A stretch of DNA of 27,959 nt from a virus (IMGVR_UViG_3300045136_000895:1-27959), one strand, 5' to 3'; positions 8,451 through 16,914 are shown, counted from the stretch's first letter. A program made the numbers and translations. The notes: a model not told the origin generated them from the sequence alone.

Positions 8451-9716
8451 TCACGCCGCCGCCTGCGTGCTGCGGGCGGCGGCGATGTCGTCGAAGACCC
8501 GCTCCTCCCCCGCCAGCACGGCGGCACGGCCCGTGAAGGCCTGCCAGCGGCGCACCGCCACATCGACATAGCGCGGGTCGATCTCCATCGCGAAGCAGAC
8601 GCGTCCGGTGGTCTCCGCCGCGATGATGGTGCTGCCGCTGCCAGAGAATGGCTCGTAGACCCCGTCCCCGGGCGCGCTGTTGTTGACGATCGGCCGGCGC
8701 ATGCACTCGACCGGCTTCTGGGTGCCGTGCACGGTCGCCGCGTCCTCGTCGCCGCCCGTGCTGATCGGCCAGAGCGTCGCCTGGTCGCGCGCGCCCTGCC
8801 AGTGGCCGGTCGCGCCCTTGCGCACCGCATAGAGGCAGGGCTCGTGCTGCCAATGGTAGTCGCCGCGCCCCAGCACGAAGCGCGACTTCGCCCAGACGAT
8901 CTGGCTGCGCACCACGAAGCCGGCCGCCTCGAGGCTCTCGATCACGGTGCGCGCGTGCACGCCCGCGTGCCAGACATAGGCGACGTCGCCGGGGAACAGC
9001 GCCCAGGCCTCGCGCCAGTCGGCGCGGTCGTCATTCGTCACCTTGCCGGTGCGCATCGTGGCCGAGACACCAGCCTCGTTCCGCCACTCCGGATCGTAGT
9101 TCACCCCGTAAGGCGGGTCCGTGATCATCAGGTGCGGCTTCGCGCCGTCGAGCAGCCGGGCCACATCGCTGGCGCTGGTGGCGTCGCCGCATAGCAGGCG
9201 ATGCGGCCCGAGCAGCCAGAGATCTCCGGGCCGGGTGACGGGCGCCTCCGGCGGCTCCGGCGCCGGCGCGTCAGGAGCCCCGCCCGGCGCGGGTGCGTCC
9301 TGCGTGGCATCACCCAGCAGCCGATCCAGCGTCGCACCGTCGAAGCCGATCAGCCCGAGGTCGAACTCGTCGGTGCGCAGGGCGCGCAGCTCGGCAGCGA
9401 GCAGTCCCTCGTCCCAGGTGGAGTTCAGCGCCAGCTGGTTGTCCGCCAGCCGGAACGCCCGCGCCTGCGCCTCCGTCAGATGGCCGAGCCGGATGGCGGG
9501 GACTTCCTCGAGGCCGAGCGCCTTCGCCGCCAGCACGCGGCCATGGCCCGCGATGAGCACGCCGGCGTCATCCACCAGCACCGGCACGTTGAAGCCGAAC
9601 TCCCCGATCGAGGCGGCGAGCTGCGCCACCTGCTCGGTGGGGTGCAGGCGGGCGTTGGCGGCATAGGGCGCCAGCGAGGCCACCGGCATCATCTCCACGC
9701 GGAGGTCAGGCAGCAT
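8451..9716 (-). CDS. ParB/Srx-domain beta-class DNA methyltransferase (DPPY, probably N6-adenine)
   Basis: 421 aa from ATG 9716; GHGRVLAAK ParB motif; motif IV TDPPY precedes motif I EPFSGSGST; HGTQKP. Confidence 0.92.
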   Translation of the reverse strand: MLPDLRVEMMPVASLAPYAANARLHPTEQVAQLAASIGEFGFNVPVLVDDAGVLIAGHGRVLAAKALGLEEVPAIRLGHLTEAQARAFRLADNQLALNSTWDEGLLAAELRALRTDEFDLGLIGFDGATLDRLLGDATQDAPAPGGAPDAPAPEPPEAPVTRPGDLWLLGPHRLLCGDATSASDVARLLDGAKPHLMITDPPYGVNYDPEWRNEAGVSATMRTGKVTNDDRADWREAWALFPGDVAYVWHAGVHARTVIESLEAAGFVVRSQIVWAKSRFVLGRGDYHWQHEPCLYAVRKGATGHWQGARDQATLWPISTGGDEDAATVHGTQKPVECMRRPIVNNSAPGDGVYEPFSGSGSTIIAAETTGRVCFAMEIDPRYVDVAVRRWQAFTGRAAVLAGEERVFDDIAAARSTQAAA

Positions 9717-11184
9717 CGGCTGTCGCCTCCCCGCGGGTCGCGGCCACGGCGTCGTAATCTGGGCCGATGCCGTGCCCGCCATCGTCCAGGATCACCGGCA
9801 CGTCGGGATGCAGCATGCGCCAGCGCGCGATCGCCAGGTCGACATAGGCAGGAGCAAGCTCGATGGCGCGGACGCGCCGGCCCGTCCGCTGGCCCGCCAG
9901 GATCGTCGTGCCGGAGCCGCCGAACGGCTCGAACACGACGTCGCCCTCGTCCGTGTAGGTGCGCATCAGGAACTCTGGCAGCGCGACGGGGAACACCGCC
10001 GGGTGCTCGGTCTCGATCCCCCGCCCCTTATGCCGCGTGATGCGCAGCACGCTGTCGGGGATGCGCATCTCCTGCACCGGCAGGCCGATGTGGGTGTAGG
10101 CCTTCACCTCCCCGTCGGCGGCGCGCAAGCCGCTGCCCTTGTTCGGCGTGCCGGCCCATTTGCAGGGCACGATCTTGTTGGGGGGCCGCGCCTCGCGATT
10201 GAAGTGGAACACCAACTCGAAGGCCGGTGCGAGGCGGCCGTTCCAGTCCCCAGGCAGGCCGGGGCCCTGGTCCCAGGCGTAGAGCCCGAAGCGACGCCAG
10301 CCCTGCGCGCGCATCCAGTCGAGCCAGCCCTGCCAGTAGGGCTGCCACTCGCCCTCGCGGTGGATCAGCCCGAGATTCACCAGCACCTGCGCGTCGCGGC
10401 GCAGCGCGCCGTCGAGATGCTGGAACACGCCCTGCATCAGCGCGTCCCAATCCGAGACGCCGCCGGTGGTGTAGTCCCGCTGGTTCCCGTAGGGCGGGCT
10501 GGTGAAGAGCAACGACGCGCGATCGGTGGCCATCACGCGCGCGACGGTGCTGCGGTTCGTGCTGTCGCCGCAGGCCAGGCGATGCTCGCCCAGCAGCCAG
10601 ATGTCGCCGACCCGCGCGACGGCCTGGCGTGGCGGCTCCGGTTCGGCATCCGCGGGATCCGCAACCGGCTCGGCGCCATCCGCGTCCGGCTGATTGCCAG
10701 GGGCCGGCTCGGCAACGCTGGCAACCGCCGGCGCTGGGAGGTTGCCAGCCTCGGTTTCCAGTCCGGCCAGGAGCCGCTCGATCTCGGCGCCGTCGAAGCC
10801 GGTCAGCGCCAGGTCGACGCCGCCCATCTCCTGCAGCTTCGTGACCTCGGCCGCGAGCAGCGCTTCGTCCCAGCCGGCGTTCAGCGCGATGCGATTGTCG
10901 GCGAGGCGATACGCTGCCTTCTGGGCCTCGGTCAGGCCGCCGCGGACGATCGTCGGCACAGTGTCGAGGCCGAGGGACTTCGCGGCCAGCAGCCGACCAT
11001 GGCCGGCGATGATCTCGCCGCGCTCGTCGACCAGCACCGGCGCGACGAAGCCGAACTCCAGGATGCTGGCCGCGATCTGCGCCACCTGCTCGGGCGAATG
11101 CGTGCGCGCGTTGCCAGCATAGGGCAGCAGCGCGGCGACCGCGCGCGCCTCGACGGCGCTCGCAGACCATGGGGCCTGGGGCAT
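9706..11184 (-). CDS. ParB/Srx-domain beta-class DNA methyltransferase (SPPY, N4-cytosine or N6-adenine)
   Basis: 492 aa; GHGRLLAAK ParB motif; motif IV FTSPPY; HPAVFP; motif I EPFGGSGTT. Confidence 0.92.
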   Translation of the reverse strand: MPQAPWSASAVEARAVAALLPYAGNARTHSPEQVAQIAASILEFGFVAPVLVDERGEIIAGHGRLLAAKSLGLDTVPTIVRGGLTEAQKAAYRLADNRIALNAGWDEALLAAEVTKLQEMGGVDLALTGFDGAEIERLLAGLETEAGNLPAPAVASVAEPAPGNQPDADGAEPVADPADAEPEPPRQAVARVGDIWLLGEHRLACGDSTNRSTVARVMATDRASLLFTSPPYGNQRDYTTGGVSDWDALMQGVFQHLDGALRRDAQVLVNLGLIHREGEWQPYWQGWLDWMRAQGWRRFGLYAWDQGPGLPGDWNGRLAPAFELVFHFNREARPPNKIVPCKWAGTPNKGSGLRAADGEVKAYTHIGLPVQEMRIPDSVLRITRHKGRGIETEHPAVFPVALPEFLMRTYTDEGDVVFEPFGGSGTTILAGQRTGRRVRAIELAPAYVDLAIARWRMLHPDVPVILDDGGHGIGPDYDAVAATRGEATADAA

Positions 11185-11220
11185 CGGGACCTGCGTGATG
11201 GTGGAACGGAGGGCGCCGCG

Positions 11221-11250
11221 GCTGGCAACCTGGCGACGCTGGCAACCTGG
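11221..11250. repeat. Direct repeat GCTGGCAACCTGG x2 (candidate cosB-like TerS binding sites)
   Basis: Exact 13-bp copies at 11221-11233 and 11238-11250; the 10-bp core recurs at 10717-10726 and inverted at 10740-10749. Confidence 0.6.
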
Positions 11251-11264
11251 AAAACGGGGCTGAC

Positions 11265-11319
11265 GCTAGGAACCTTGCGCGCTTCCGCCCCCCGCATACA
11301 GCAGGCGCAGGAAGGACCC
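11265..11319 (-). promoter_or_regulatory. Putative cos packaging site (cosQ-like GGGTCCT plus cosN-like GGGCGG)
   Basis: Minus strand reads GGGTCCTTCCTGCGCCTGCTGTATGCGGGGGGCGGAAGCGCGCAAGGTTCCTAGC, resembling lambda cosQ followed by the GGGCGG start of the cohesive end; intergenic and upstream of the packaging operon; GpA-type terminase present. Confidence 0.65.
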
Positions 11320-11518
11320 TGCGGCTCGCGAGCCACTGTCTCGATCGAGCGACGCTGTGACTGGTGAGCCGCGGCCCGGTCGCGCCTTCAGCGACTATCG
11401 AGACCTTACCGGATGCAGATTCCGCGACGCTATGGGGTGAATTGTAACAGCGGAGTCGCACTTCCGTTGTGGATGCCAGGCTACAGCTCGCCCTTACTGA
11501 GCACAGCCACCGGCGCCT

Positions 11519-12454
11519 TTAACTAAGCGCACCGCCCTTTCCCCGGTCAGCGACAGCACGCTGCGCCATCTCAGCAACTGACGGCGGCAGAGCGCCCTGC
11601 TTGGTCTTCGAGCCGAGGTAAGCCGGAAGCTTCTCGGGCAAGTAGACTTCGCGCACCCACTTTCGGAACTCGCCTAGCGCTGCGTCGGGGTAGCAGTAGG
11701 CAGGCTGAGGATTCGAAGCCGATTGTGGGAAATAATCGGGGTAGTTGTGGTTATACCGTCGCCGCGCCCCCAGCCGCTCCTCACAGCCGTTATCTCTCCA
11801 GTACGTTCCCCAATGCTGTCCAACACTGATATCCGGAATGAACTCCTTACCAATGCGCGCCCCGCTTCGAATGAGAGTCACGATGATGTCGGCAATCTCC
11901 TTGAACACGCTGAAGTATCCAGCCGGGACGCTGTCGAACATGAGTGAAACGCGGTCGTGGAATTGCTGCCAGACGGCGGGAATCTCGACTGTGGGACTAT
12001 ACCCAACTTGGGTGTAGATAAAATCCCTAAAGCTCCTTCGGGCAAGAAGGCGGTAGTTCTTGAGCGCATGATCGCGCGCTTCCGGCGCGGCACCTTCAAA
12101 CGCATAATATTCAAGAACCGCCATGCACACCGTATCTGGATAGGCGTAGGTAGTTGTTCCGCCAATTTCGATCTTTATGTAGGGTTGGTCGAGAACGATG
12201 CCCTGCTGTCGCAGATTTTCCTTGATCTTCGCCTCGCGCGGTCGGAGTTCGGGCAGGTTCCAGCCCGACTGGATCCGGGTGATGGCCGAGTTGTCGATGC
12301 CGCACATCCGAGCCAACCCGCGCCCCGTCAGATAGGGAGTGCCGTCGGTCAAGACGCCCATGGCGACCCCGTCGACCTCGATCTCCTTCAGAACGCCGAG
12401 GCTCAGCTGCTGAGGGGTGCTGCTCGGAAGGGCCATGTCAGTCAGCTTTCCCAT
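11519..12454 (-). CDS. bstA: BstA-family anti-phage (abortive infection) protein
   Basis: KEIEVDGVAMGVLTDGTPYLTGRGLARMCG, YPDTVCMAVLEYYAF, NYRLLAR, PAGYFSVFKE, PDISVG, YPDYFPQS, YPDAALGEFRKW match my recollection of Salmonella BTP1 BstA along the whole length; lower GC than flanks; start uncertain (12454 or 12436; ORF track extends to 12544). Confidence 0.88.
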   Translation of the reverse strand: MGKLTDMALPSSTPQQLSLGVLKEIEVDGVAMGVLTDGTPYLTGRGLARMCGIDNSAITRIQSGWNLPELRPREAKIKENLRQQGIVLDQPYIKIEIGGTTTYAYPDTVCMAVLEYYAFEGAAPEARDHALKNYRLLARRSFRDFIYTQVGYSPTVEIPAVWQQFHDRVSLMFDSVPAGYFSVFKEIADIIVTLIRSGARIGKEFIPDISVGQHWGTYWRDNGCEERLGARRRYNHNYPDYFPQSASNPQPAYCYPDAALGEFRKWVREVYLPEKLPAYLGSKTKQGALPPSVAEMAQRAVADRGKGGALS

Positions 12455-12593
12455 TTCAGACAAGCACTTGAGGCGCTGCTCTCGCAGCGCCTCCGGAGCG
12501 AGGCGGGCTGCCCGATTCGCTAATCGCAATTCTACAGCATTCAACCCCTGCCTGTATTCATTGCATGAGGGGTCTGATTTCGCCTGAACTCGT

Positions 12594-13148
12594 TCATGCC
12601 GCTCGTCGGCCTGGCGTCAGGCCATAGTGAGCAGCGAGTACGCCCAGCGCCGCGACCAGCATGCCCTGCGCCTGGGGAGCCCCGACCCGTCGGCCGCCCC
12701 ACCCTTGGCGCTGAGCCCATTCCCGGACGGAGCATTCGAGGCCCACTACATGCCACACTGCCGAGCCAGCCGCGCTGTCGAAGCCGCCAAGCGCCTCCAT
12801 CGCCTCGGCGACATGGCGGCGTGCCGCGGCCTGCCGCTCCGTCATGCTGTCGCCCGCCCCGCCGGGCAAGCGGTCCCACGCCATGGCCTGCAGATCGTCC
12901 AAGGCGGCGGCCCGGAACTTCGTCCGGAACACAACGGCCGCGTCATGCATCTCGGCTGTGATCGTGCCGTTGATCAGCATCAGGCCAACCGTGTCAACCG
13001 CCCGCCGGTGCTGCACTGGGCTGCCGGTCTCCGGATCGGTGTCGCGGATCGGCTCGGAGAATGCGCCGTGCTGCAGCCGCCATTTCGAGGGCTTCGACAG
13101 ATCCTCGGCCCCCGTTGCGCTCCGCCTCTGCTTCCGCTTACCGGCCAT
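12594..13148 (-). CDS. DUF6456-like protein (putative late transcription regulator)
   Basis: 184 aa from ATG 13148; ARRHVAEAMEALGG...AVWHVVGLECSVREWA...LVAALGVLAAHYG; last gene of the replication operon, in the position of lambda Q. Confidence 0.7.
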   Translation of the reverse strand: MAGKRKQRRSATGAEDLSKPSKWRLQHGAFSEPIRDTDPETGSPVQHRRAVDTVGLMLINGTITAEMHDAAVVFRTKFRAAALDDLQAMAWDRLPGGAGDSMTERQAAARRHVAEAMEALGGFDSAAGSAVWHVVGLECSVREWAQRQGWGGRRVGAPQAQGMLVAALGVLAAHYGLTPGRRAA

Positions 13149-13365
13149 GCTTGTCCCCTCCATGACGGCGCCCCCAGCGCCGGCTGGCTTCGTTGATGAC
13201 GGCCTGGCGGAGCCAGGGATCGGCGATGTCCTCCACAGCCAGGGCGGCGACGCCGTGCCGGTGCCAGGCAGCGGCGCGCATGGCGTCGAGGTCCATCGCG
13301 GTTGACGGGCTGCGTGCCAGGTCCAGACACGACCGGGGCGGCTGCGGCGCACCGGGCAGACTCAT
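13138..13365 (-). CDS. Small hypothetical protein
   Basis: 75 aa from ATG 13365 (ATGA overlap with the RuvC-like stop); MRAAAWHRHGVAALAVEDIADPWLRQ. Confidence 0.62.
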   Translation of the reverse strand: MSLPGAPQPPRSCLDLARSPSTAMDLDAMRAAAWHRHGVAALAVEDIADPWLRQAVINEASRRWGRRHGGDKHGR

Positions 13366-13910
13366 GCCCGACCACCGTGCGGGTCGGTCGCCCACAGGAG
13401 GAGGGCGATGGCGTCCGCCTCGTTGTCGTCCGCCGGCGCGAAGCCGCGGGCGCGCACTGCCGCGATCATCGCCGCCTTGTCGGCATTCCCGCGGCCGGTT
13501 GCGAAGCGCTTGATGGTGCCGACCGGAGCGCCCTCGTAGGCAATGCCCCGCTCCTCGCACCAGGCGGACAGGTGGGCGAGGAAGCCGCCGTAGAGATGCG
13601 CGGCATCGGTGCCGGCGTGGGAGCGCACCTCCTCGAAGGCGATGCGCGTGAGGCCGCCGGCAAGCGCTGCCAGCTCGCCGAGCCAGCTGCGGAAGCGCAG
13701 GTAGCGCATGCCGCCACCCTCGAAGCGGCTCGGGCGGAAGGTGACGGTGCCGGAGGTGATGCCACCGTCTTGGCTGCGGAGCGCCCATCCAGTCGTGGTG
13801 CCGAGGTCGAGGGCGAGGACGGCGGGGCGGCCGAGGGCCACGGGCAGCGGAGCCGCGATGGGCGGGCCGCTTGCGCCGGCGGCAGGCATGGGGAGAGTCA
13901 CGGGAGCCAT
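13362..13910 (-). CDS. RuvC-like Holliday junction resolvase
   Basis: 182 aa; VLALDLGTTTGWA, FEEVR, IKRFATGRGNADK, DDNEADAIAL catalytic motifs. Confidence 0.85.
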   Translation of the reverse strand: MAPVTLPMPAAGASGPPIAAPLPVALGRPAVLALDLGTTTGWALRSQDGGITSGTVTFRPSRFEGGGMRYLRFRSWLGELAALAGGLTRIAFEEVRSHAGTDAAHLYGGFLAHLSAWCEERGIAYEGAPVGTIKRFATGRGNADKAAMIAAVRARGFAPADDNEADAIALLLWATDPHGGRA

Positions 13911-13940
13911 GGGATCTCCGACAGGGGATGGCTGTGGTGA

Positions 13941-13985
13941 GGGCGGCGACGGCGCGGTTCTTGGCGGAGCTCGCCGTCGCTGCCC
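13941..13985. other. Strong intergenic stem-loop upstream of the RuvC-like gene
   Basis: GGGCGGCGACGGCG (13941-13954) pairs with CGCCGTCGCTGCCC (13972-13985): 14-bp stem with one mismatch, 17-nt loop. Confidence 0.5.
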
Positions 13986-14057
13986 GGCTTCGAGGGGCTG
14001 ATCGACGCTCTGGGCGGCCCGCGGGCGATCGGGCTGCGGTGCTCGGGACGATGCGCG

Positions 14058-14344
14058 GTCCTACCTCGTCCGACCTTGCGCGGAGAGGTAGGACAGGAAT
14101 TTTGCAGCAGAATCAGTAGTTTGTCCCGATCTGTCCTACCTGTCCTACCTGCCGACCTCGTCCCTAAACCCGTATAGGAAAATGTATGTCTGACCGACCT
14201 ACATGCTTCGCGTATGGCTCTAAGGGAAAAGGTAGGACAGGTAGGACAAGGCTGGACGATCGAGCGGAAAGCCGCGGAAAAGCTGGATCTCCGGCTGTCC
14301 AACCTCGATGGCCGAGGTAGGACAAGGTAGGACGAGGTAGGACA
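14058..14344. repeat. Iteron array, putative phage replication origin
   Basis: Nine exact GGTAGGAC/GTCCTACC 8-mers (14058, 14087, 14133, 14142, 14231, 14240, 14316, 14326, 14336) in both orientations around a more AT-rich core; IHF-consensus AATCAGtagtTTG at 14111-14123; directly downstream of the primase-helicase. Confidence 0.78.
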
Positions 14345-14358
14345 AGAGCGCCGCCGCA

Positions 14359-16914
14359 TCATGGCACCGGCGTTCCCGGCGCGACGTGGCGCCACTCCCG
14401 CGGCGGGTTCTTCGCGCGGTATTTCACCCATTTCCTGGCGCGGAAGAACGCGCCGACGCGCATCTGGTCGGCGCGCGTCCACTTCGCGGCCTCGATACCG
14501 AGCGCCTGCTCCAGCACCTCGCCGATGGAGACGTCGGTCAGCGGCTTCGGCCGTGGCACAAAGCGCTCCTGCCAGTCCTCGAAGTGCCCGACGCCGACAT
14601 TCACCGGCCTGCGCTCGGAGACGAGCCAGCGCTCGATCCGCGCGTCCCAGGCATCGCCCTGGTAGCGCGCCTCCTGCGCCGCGCTGGCCTCGGCCACCAG
14701 CGCCCGGTCCTCGATCCACCAGGGCGCCCCGGCGCGATAGCGCGTGACGGCCTCGGCCCAGAGCTGGTCACGATCGCGCCGCAGCCCGTCCAGGTCGATG
14801 TCGCCGCAGCGCAGCGGCCAGAAGCGCCGGTTGCCGGTCTCGTCGCGCAGGTAGGTGTCCGGGTTTACCGTGCCGGCGAAGACGCATTGCCGCGGGACGG
14901 TGACGACGTAACGCTCGTAGGGCGGCCGGTAGCGGTCCGTGGTGCGGCTCAGGAAGGCCTTGATGCGCGAGACGTCAGCGTGGCCGATGGCGTCGAGCTC
15001 GGCCATCTCGATGATCCAGATGCCGCGCATCTGCTGCGCCGCGTCCTTCGAGCCGAGCTCGGCGAGCTCGTCGGTGAACCAGGGCTCGGAGGCCAGTACC
15101 TTCAGGGCGGTCGACTTCCGGATGCCCTGCGGCCCTTCCAGGATCAGCATGTGGTCGGCCTTGCAGCCGGGCTGCATGATCCGCGCGACAGCGGAGACCA
15201 TCCAGAGTGCGGCTATGCTCCGGTGGAGCGGCGTGTCCTCGGCACCGAGATAGGCGACGGCCCAGGTGTCGAGGCGCGCCGTGCCGTCCCAGGCCAGCGC
15301 CTCTAGGTAGTCGCGCACCGGGTGAACGCGGATGTTGCGCGATACGGCGACGACACTGCGGCCGACCACCACGGGCGGGATGTTGATCTCGTGCCGCTGC
15401 AGCCACTCGGCGCAGCGCACATCGTCGGCCTCACCCCAGGGCCGGGGGTGCACCGTGCCTGCCGGATCCCAGGGCAGCGCCCGGGCGACGATGATCTCCT
15501 GGCTGAATTCGTCGAACATGAGCGCGCCCGTGAATGCGGCGTCGAGCGACAGCGCCGTGATGACGTTGGCCTCGTTCCGCTCCGGCGCACCGCCGGCGTC
15601 GATCCGCAGCAGCGAGGCCCAGGGCGGCCGGGCAGGCGCGCGGCGGACATCGCCGGTGGCGTTCACCCGCCTGCGCAGCTCGACCAGCTGCTTCTCCAGG
15701 ATCGAGACGGCGATGCCGCTGGCGGTCTTCACCGCGGCGAGGACCTGCCGCTCCGGGAGCGGGTCAAGCCGCGCCAGGGCCAGCCGGCCTAGCAGGTCGG
15801 CGAGCGGCTCGGAGTCAGGCGGCCGGGTCAGACCGGAGGCGGCGGTGAGCAGCTCTTCCGCCGTCGCGGGCGCTGCCGCGGTGGCGTGCGCTTTCGGCTC
15901 CGCGCCAGCCGCCTGCTCGTAGTCGGCGGCAGCTACCCCGCGCCGCAGGTCGTCGTTGAAGTCGTCGCCATGCAGCGGAGCGACGATGCGCGAGGGGATG
16001 TCCGCGACGTTCAGCCGGTCCGCCAGCGTCGCCGCGGCCTGCATGCCGGCGTGTCCGGCATCGGCGAAAATGGTGACGTGGGTGGTGCCATCCGGCCACT
16101 GCCAGCGCCGCAGCCCGTCGGCCGAGAGCGCCGCCATAGCGGGGACGTCGAACAGGGCCATGGCGGCGAGCGCGGTCTCGATCCCCTCCGCCACGCCGAT
16201 CCGCCCGTCCTCGCGTGCGGGCGCTAGCCGCACCGCGCCGCCGGCGACAGGCCCGAGCATCTTCTTCCCGGGCGGCGCCTTTCCCGAGCCGTCATCCAGC
16301 AGATAAGTCCGGTGGATGCCGCCCGTGGGCTCGCCCGAGCCGTCGCGGACGATGGCGACCATCCCGGGCCAGCCGCGCCGGCTCTCGAAGTTGGCGAGGT
16401 CGGGGTGGAAGAGGAGGTCGGGGCTGTCGGGTGGCGTGAGGCAGCGGCCGCGGAGGTAGGCCTCGGCGGGCGAGCCCGCGAGCGGGACGCAGCCGGCCAG
16501 GATGCGCGCGACCTCGTGGCTGTGGTCCGGCCGCGGCTCCGCAGCGCGTGCGGGCGGCGCCGGGCTGTCCATGCGCGCCAGCCTCGCCGCCTCGTCGAAC
16601 AGCCGCGGCTCCGGCGCACCGGTCGCGTGGTAGACCATATCGATCGGTCCCGCGCTCTCGCCGGTGGCATGGTCGAATCCCCACCCCGCGAAGCGCCCCT
16701 CCAGGTGGATCACGCAGGAGCCCTCGCCGCGGGGCGCGCGGCCCGAGAGATCCGCGCAGCGCAGCGTCCGGCCGTCAGCAGCGCGCCGCGCCTGCGGGAA
16801 CAGCGGCGGCAGCCACTCCTTCGCGGTGTCCGCGAGCCGCCGCCGCACCTCCGCCAGATCGTGCCGGACCGGCGCCAGGCCGGCATCGTTCAGGTCGATC
16901 GGGGCCGCGGTCAT
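14359..16914 (-). CDS. Primase-helicase: Toprim domain fused to VapE/VirE-family ATPase
   Basis: 851 aa; GIHRTYL, VAEGIETAL, IFADAG, GDDFND Toprim motifs; HPVRDYL, LEGPQGIRKST Walker A, IIEMAELD, DETGNRRFWP VapE motifs. Confidence 0.92.
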   Translation of the reverse strand: MTAAPIDLNDAGLAPVRHDLAEVRRRLADTAKEWLPPLFPQARRAADGRTLRCADLSGRAPRGEGSCVIHLEGRFAGWGFDHATGESAGPIDMVYHATGAPEPRLFDEAARLARMDSPAPPARAAEPRPDHSHEVARILAGCVPLAGSPAEAYLRGRCLTPPDSPDLLFHPDLANFESRRGWPGMVAIVRDGSGEPTGGIHRTYLLDDGSGKAPPGKKMLGPVAGGAVRLAPAREDGRIGVAEGIETALAAMALFDVPAMAALSADGLRRWQWPDGTTHVTIFADAGHAGMQAAATLADRLNVADIPSRIVAPLHGDDFNDDLRRGVAAADYEQAAGAEPKAHATAAAPATAEELLTAASGLTRPPDSEPLADLLGRLALARLDPLPERQVLAAVKTASGIAVSILEKQLVELRRRVNATGDVRRAPARPPWASLLRIDAGGAPERNEANVITALSLDAAFTGALMFDEFSQEIIVARALPWDPAGTVHPRPWGEADDVRCAEWLQRHEINIPPVVVGRSVVAVSRNIRVHPVRDYLEALAWDGTARLDTWAVAYLGAEDTPLHRSIAALWMVSAVARIMQPGCKADHMLILEGPQGIRKSTALKVLASEPWFTDELAELGSKDAAQQMRGIWIIEMAELDAIGHADVSRIKAFLSRTTDRYRPPYERYVVTVPRQCVFAGTVNPDTYLRDETGNRRFWPLRCGDIDLDGLRRDRDQLWAEAVTRYRAGAPWWIEDRALVAEASAAQEARYQGDAWDARIERWLVSERRPVNVGVGHFEDWQERFVPRPKPLTDVSIGEVLEQALGIEAAKWTRADQMRVGAFFRARKWVKYRAKNPPREWRHVAPGTPVP

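Noticed and set aside
8451-11184. Restriction-modification system
   Set aside because: No adjacent restriction endonuclease; orphan MTases at this position are usual phage genes
14058-14344. Possible CRISPR array, given the nearby Cas4-like gene
   Set aside because: Repeats are 8-10 bp, in both orientations and irregularly spaced, with no spacer-sized unique units; no cas1 or cas2
13898-14719. 273-aa minus-strand ORF with CPTCPT and GRTGRT repeats
   Set aside because: The peptide repeats are translations of the GGTAGGAC iterons, and the ORF overlaps the primase-helicase; better explained as non-coding origin DNA
15098-15145. Walker A variant GPQGIRKST as a sign of an inactive helicase
   Set aside because: The catalytic Lys-Ser/Thr and downstream motifs are intact, and I recall this variant in other VapE-family proteins
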